Below are positions 61,783-64,000 of a stretch of 64,000 nt of DNA, in pieces. Numbering within the stretch: position 1 is the stretch's first letter; every line of letters starts with the position of its first letter. The notes below the pieces were generated by a model. That model was not told the DNA's origin. It saw only the letters and a list, made by a program, of their open reading frames with translations, and did not search any database. Source of the stretch: Nitrosopumilus sp. (lineage in GTDB: Archaea > Thermoproteota > Nitrososphaeria > Nitrososphaerales > Nitrosopumilaceae); the NCBI GenBank assembly GCA_965205425.1, contig CBDBGZ010000009.1:768001-832000 (forward strand), read 5' to 3'. The position numbers were made by a program, and so were the translations under genes.

Positions 61783-61963
61783 TATAGTTTAGGCAAATAA
61801 TTTTTGAACGAATTATTAACTATTTTAATCCAAAAGATCTAGATCACAGAATTCGTTTTAAAAAACCATGTCAAAGAGTACAAGACAATCCAAGGTTTCC
61901 TCTGGAAATCAATTCATGAAAGGTACAAGCATTAATTTTTTGAGAAAAGCATGTAAAAATGAA
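61783..61963 (+). mobile_element. Truncated left end of the IS630 found at 22700-23849
   Basis: TATAGTTTAGGCA TIR and a near-identical 5' coding sequence (MSKSTRQSKVSSGNQFMKGTSINFLRK). Confidence 0.88.
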
Positions 61964-61965
61964 CG

Positions 61966-63028
61966 TATACCTCGGAGCATAATTCTTTGCAATTTTTCAA
62001 AACAAATAGCAATACTTTTTGATCAGTAGTTAGAAATAATTTCATGGACATCACAAATGACGAGTTACTCCAGGTCTACAAAAAAGAAAAAAATATTCAC
62101 AAAAAAACAAGATTACATGCAATGTGCATTATTAAAATCAACGAATCCACAATTGCTGAAACTGTAAGCCAAATGTTTTGTACATGCAATTCTGTAATGA
62201 ACTGGCTTGATTCATTTGAAAAATATGGATTGGAGGACCCCCCCTCGTTCTGGCCGTCCGCCATTAATCTCACATAAAACATTACAAAAAATAGAGCGTA
62301 CATTTAAGAGAATTTCAGACGGCATGACTCCAAAGAAACTGATACAATTCATATTTTACAGAACACGCATTACATAGCAAATCACTCATGTGCGTCGTTT
62401 GATGCACAAATGGAATCTAAAACCAAAGGTTCGACAAAAGGTACATGTGCGAGCAGCATCCAAGTATACATGCCGCAAGTGGAATAGTCGCATCATTTCA
62501 CGCGTAGAAAAGGCAAAAAAGAATGGTTTTACAGTATTCATCCAAGACGAATCAGTATTTGTAGACGATGTGCGTCTTGGCAAAAAATACTGGACAGATG
62601 CACACCAAAGAATGATTGTACGTTGGAGAGGATCGCACCAAAGATTTTTGGTTTATGGAAATGATGATAATCAAAGTTTTTTTAGATCGTATGAAAAATT
62701 TAATTCAATTGCATTTATGGATTATTTGGAGGCAGCTCGTAAAAAATTTGGAAAAATATTTGTTATTGTTGATAGGGCACCGCAACACAAAGCTAATGAT
62801 GTGAAAAAATATTTGCACAAAAACAAAGATGTCAAACTGGCATATCTTCTGAGAGGCTCCCCGCATTTGAGTATGATTGAAGAGGTTTGGAGACAGTGCA
62901 AACATGTTAATGTTGAATCAGAATTTTATGAATCTATTCATGAGATGAGACATACAGTTATGGAATATTTTAGAACGCACAAATTTAATTTGAATATGTA
63001 TCAGTATTTTGCAAGAACAGTAAATTGA
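61966..63028 (+). mobile_element. Second IS630-family element, degraded
   Basis: HTH ORF 62044..62277 plus DDE ORF 62390..63028 (QDES, DRAPQH, SPHLSMIE); frameshifted. Confidence 0.8.
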
Positions 63029-63039
63029 AAAGACTTATG

Positions 63040-63762
63040 ATCTGGGGTATAAGATGCAAAGATTGCAAGACAGATTATAGACCGTTTGCTGGAACATGGT
63101 TTGATATCATCAACATTAATTTTACAAAATGGTTGGCCCTAGTCAAACTATTTGATATTGGGATTAGTGCAAGACGTGCAGCTATAGAAGCAGATGTCAG
63201 TTATCCAACTTGCACTAAATGCTTTTGATTGCATCAGATATTCAATACTGTATCACTTGGCAGAATCAGACAAGAAATTAAAAGGTAAAATTGAGGCTGA
63301 CGAGGCGACTATTTTGGAGGAAAAAGAAAGGGAAATCGTGGCAGAGGTGCCAAGAACAAGACCATCGTATTTGGCATACTGGAAAGAAAGGGAAAAGTTC
63401 ACATTGAGATTGTAAACAATGTCAAAGCTAAAACTCTTCTTGCAAGCACCATCAAAAAAATAAAGAAAGGAAGCATTGTGTATACGGACAAGTGGAGAGG
63501 ATATGATTCTCTAATTTTCAACGGTTACAAACATCTCTCAGTTGATCACAGCAAGATGTTTGGTAAAGGCGATGTTTACATAAATGGAATCGAAGGGTTT
63601 TGGAGTTTTGCAAAAGAGAACATGGCAAAGCATCACGGAGTAAGTCCAGGTAAATTCTTGTTGTACATCAAAGAGATGGAGTGGAGATACAACAACAGAG
63701 ATGGAAGATACTTTCTCATTATTGCTTGATTATATGTTGGGGGTAAATAATTGATAATCACC
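63040..63762 (+). mobile_element. IS1595-family transposase pseudogene
   Basis: IEADE, YTDKWRGY, VDH, INGIEGFWS, YIKEMEWRYNNR spread across three frames. Confidence 0.85.
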
Positions 63763-63778
63763 TAATTTTAATTATAAA

Positions 63779-64000
63779 GGTAGTAGATCTGCTGGCTCCA
63801 GTCTAGACGAATAGCCCCATTTCAAGGCGTACAAGATCCGCCACGTTGACGAGGAAGCGTGGATGCCCCACCTTAGGATTGCTCCCTCCCGGACCTCATC
63901 CCTTTCGATGGTTCGGTCTTAGAAGTTATCCCTTCGGATATTTCTAGTCCTGCAACCACCCGCCTCGGCGTGATTTCATTTCCGCACACCAAGCGGGAAT
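63779..64000 (-). ncRNA. ffs: Archaeal SRP (7S) RNA, 5' part beyond the window
   Basis: GC-rich; minus strand contains the helix-8-like GAGGTCCGGGAGGGAGCAATC preceded by a GAAA-loop hairpin. Confidence 0.8.

Noticed and set aside
2390..62905. Many antisense or overlapping ORFs in the track (e.g. 2733..3161, 14955..15419, 33353..33799, 43473..43841)
   Set aside because: They are shadows of well-supported genes on the opposite strand, with Ser/Phe/Ile-biased composition and no motifs.

Overview
AT-rich archaeal DNA whose gene content is typical of Nitrosopumilus-like Thaumarchaeota: TFB, two CdvB/ESCRT-III paralogs, queE/folE/queC, thrB, GPN GTPase, cysC/cysQ/cysH/sat, AcnX, cobalamin methyltransferases, Rqc2 and SRP RNA. 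The main accessory feature is a ~24.4 kb integrated element (18596-43048) bounded by a 16-bp near-perfect direct repeat, with a tyrosine integrase at its left end. Its cargo includes a putative defence operon: CARF-wHTH regulator, Cas4-like nuclease, a ~2044-aa SF2 helicase-DUF1998-tandem PLD-like fusion (split by IS66), and a ~492-aa unknown gene (frameshifted), converging on an intact DNA methyltransferase. It also carries a stand-alone Mrr N-terminal domain gene hit by two IS elements, a second Cas4-like paralog with one nonsense codon, a repeat-rich non-coding region beside a putative replication ATPase, and a Panacea-like / class III nucleotide cyclase / 2-TM cassette. The palindrome TTGTATAATACAA precedes three element promoters. 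A cluster of decayed IS elements lies between rqc2 and the SRP RNA gene. Two GC-rich intergenic segments look like unannotated structured RNAs. All family assignments come from motif recognition by eye, not from database searches.
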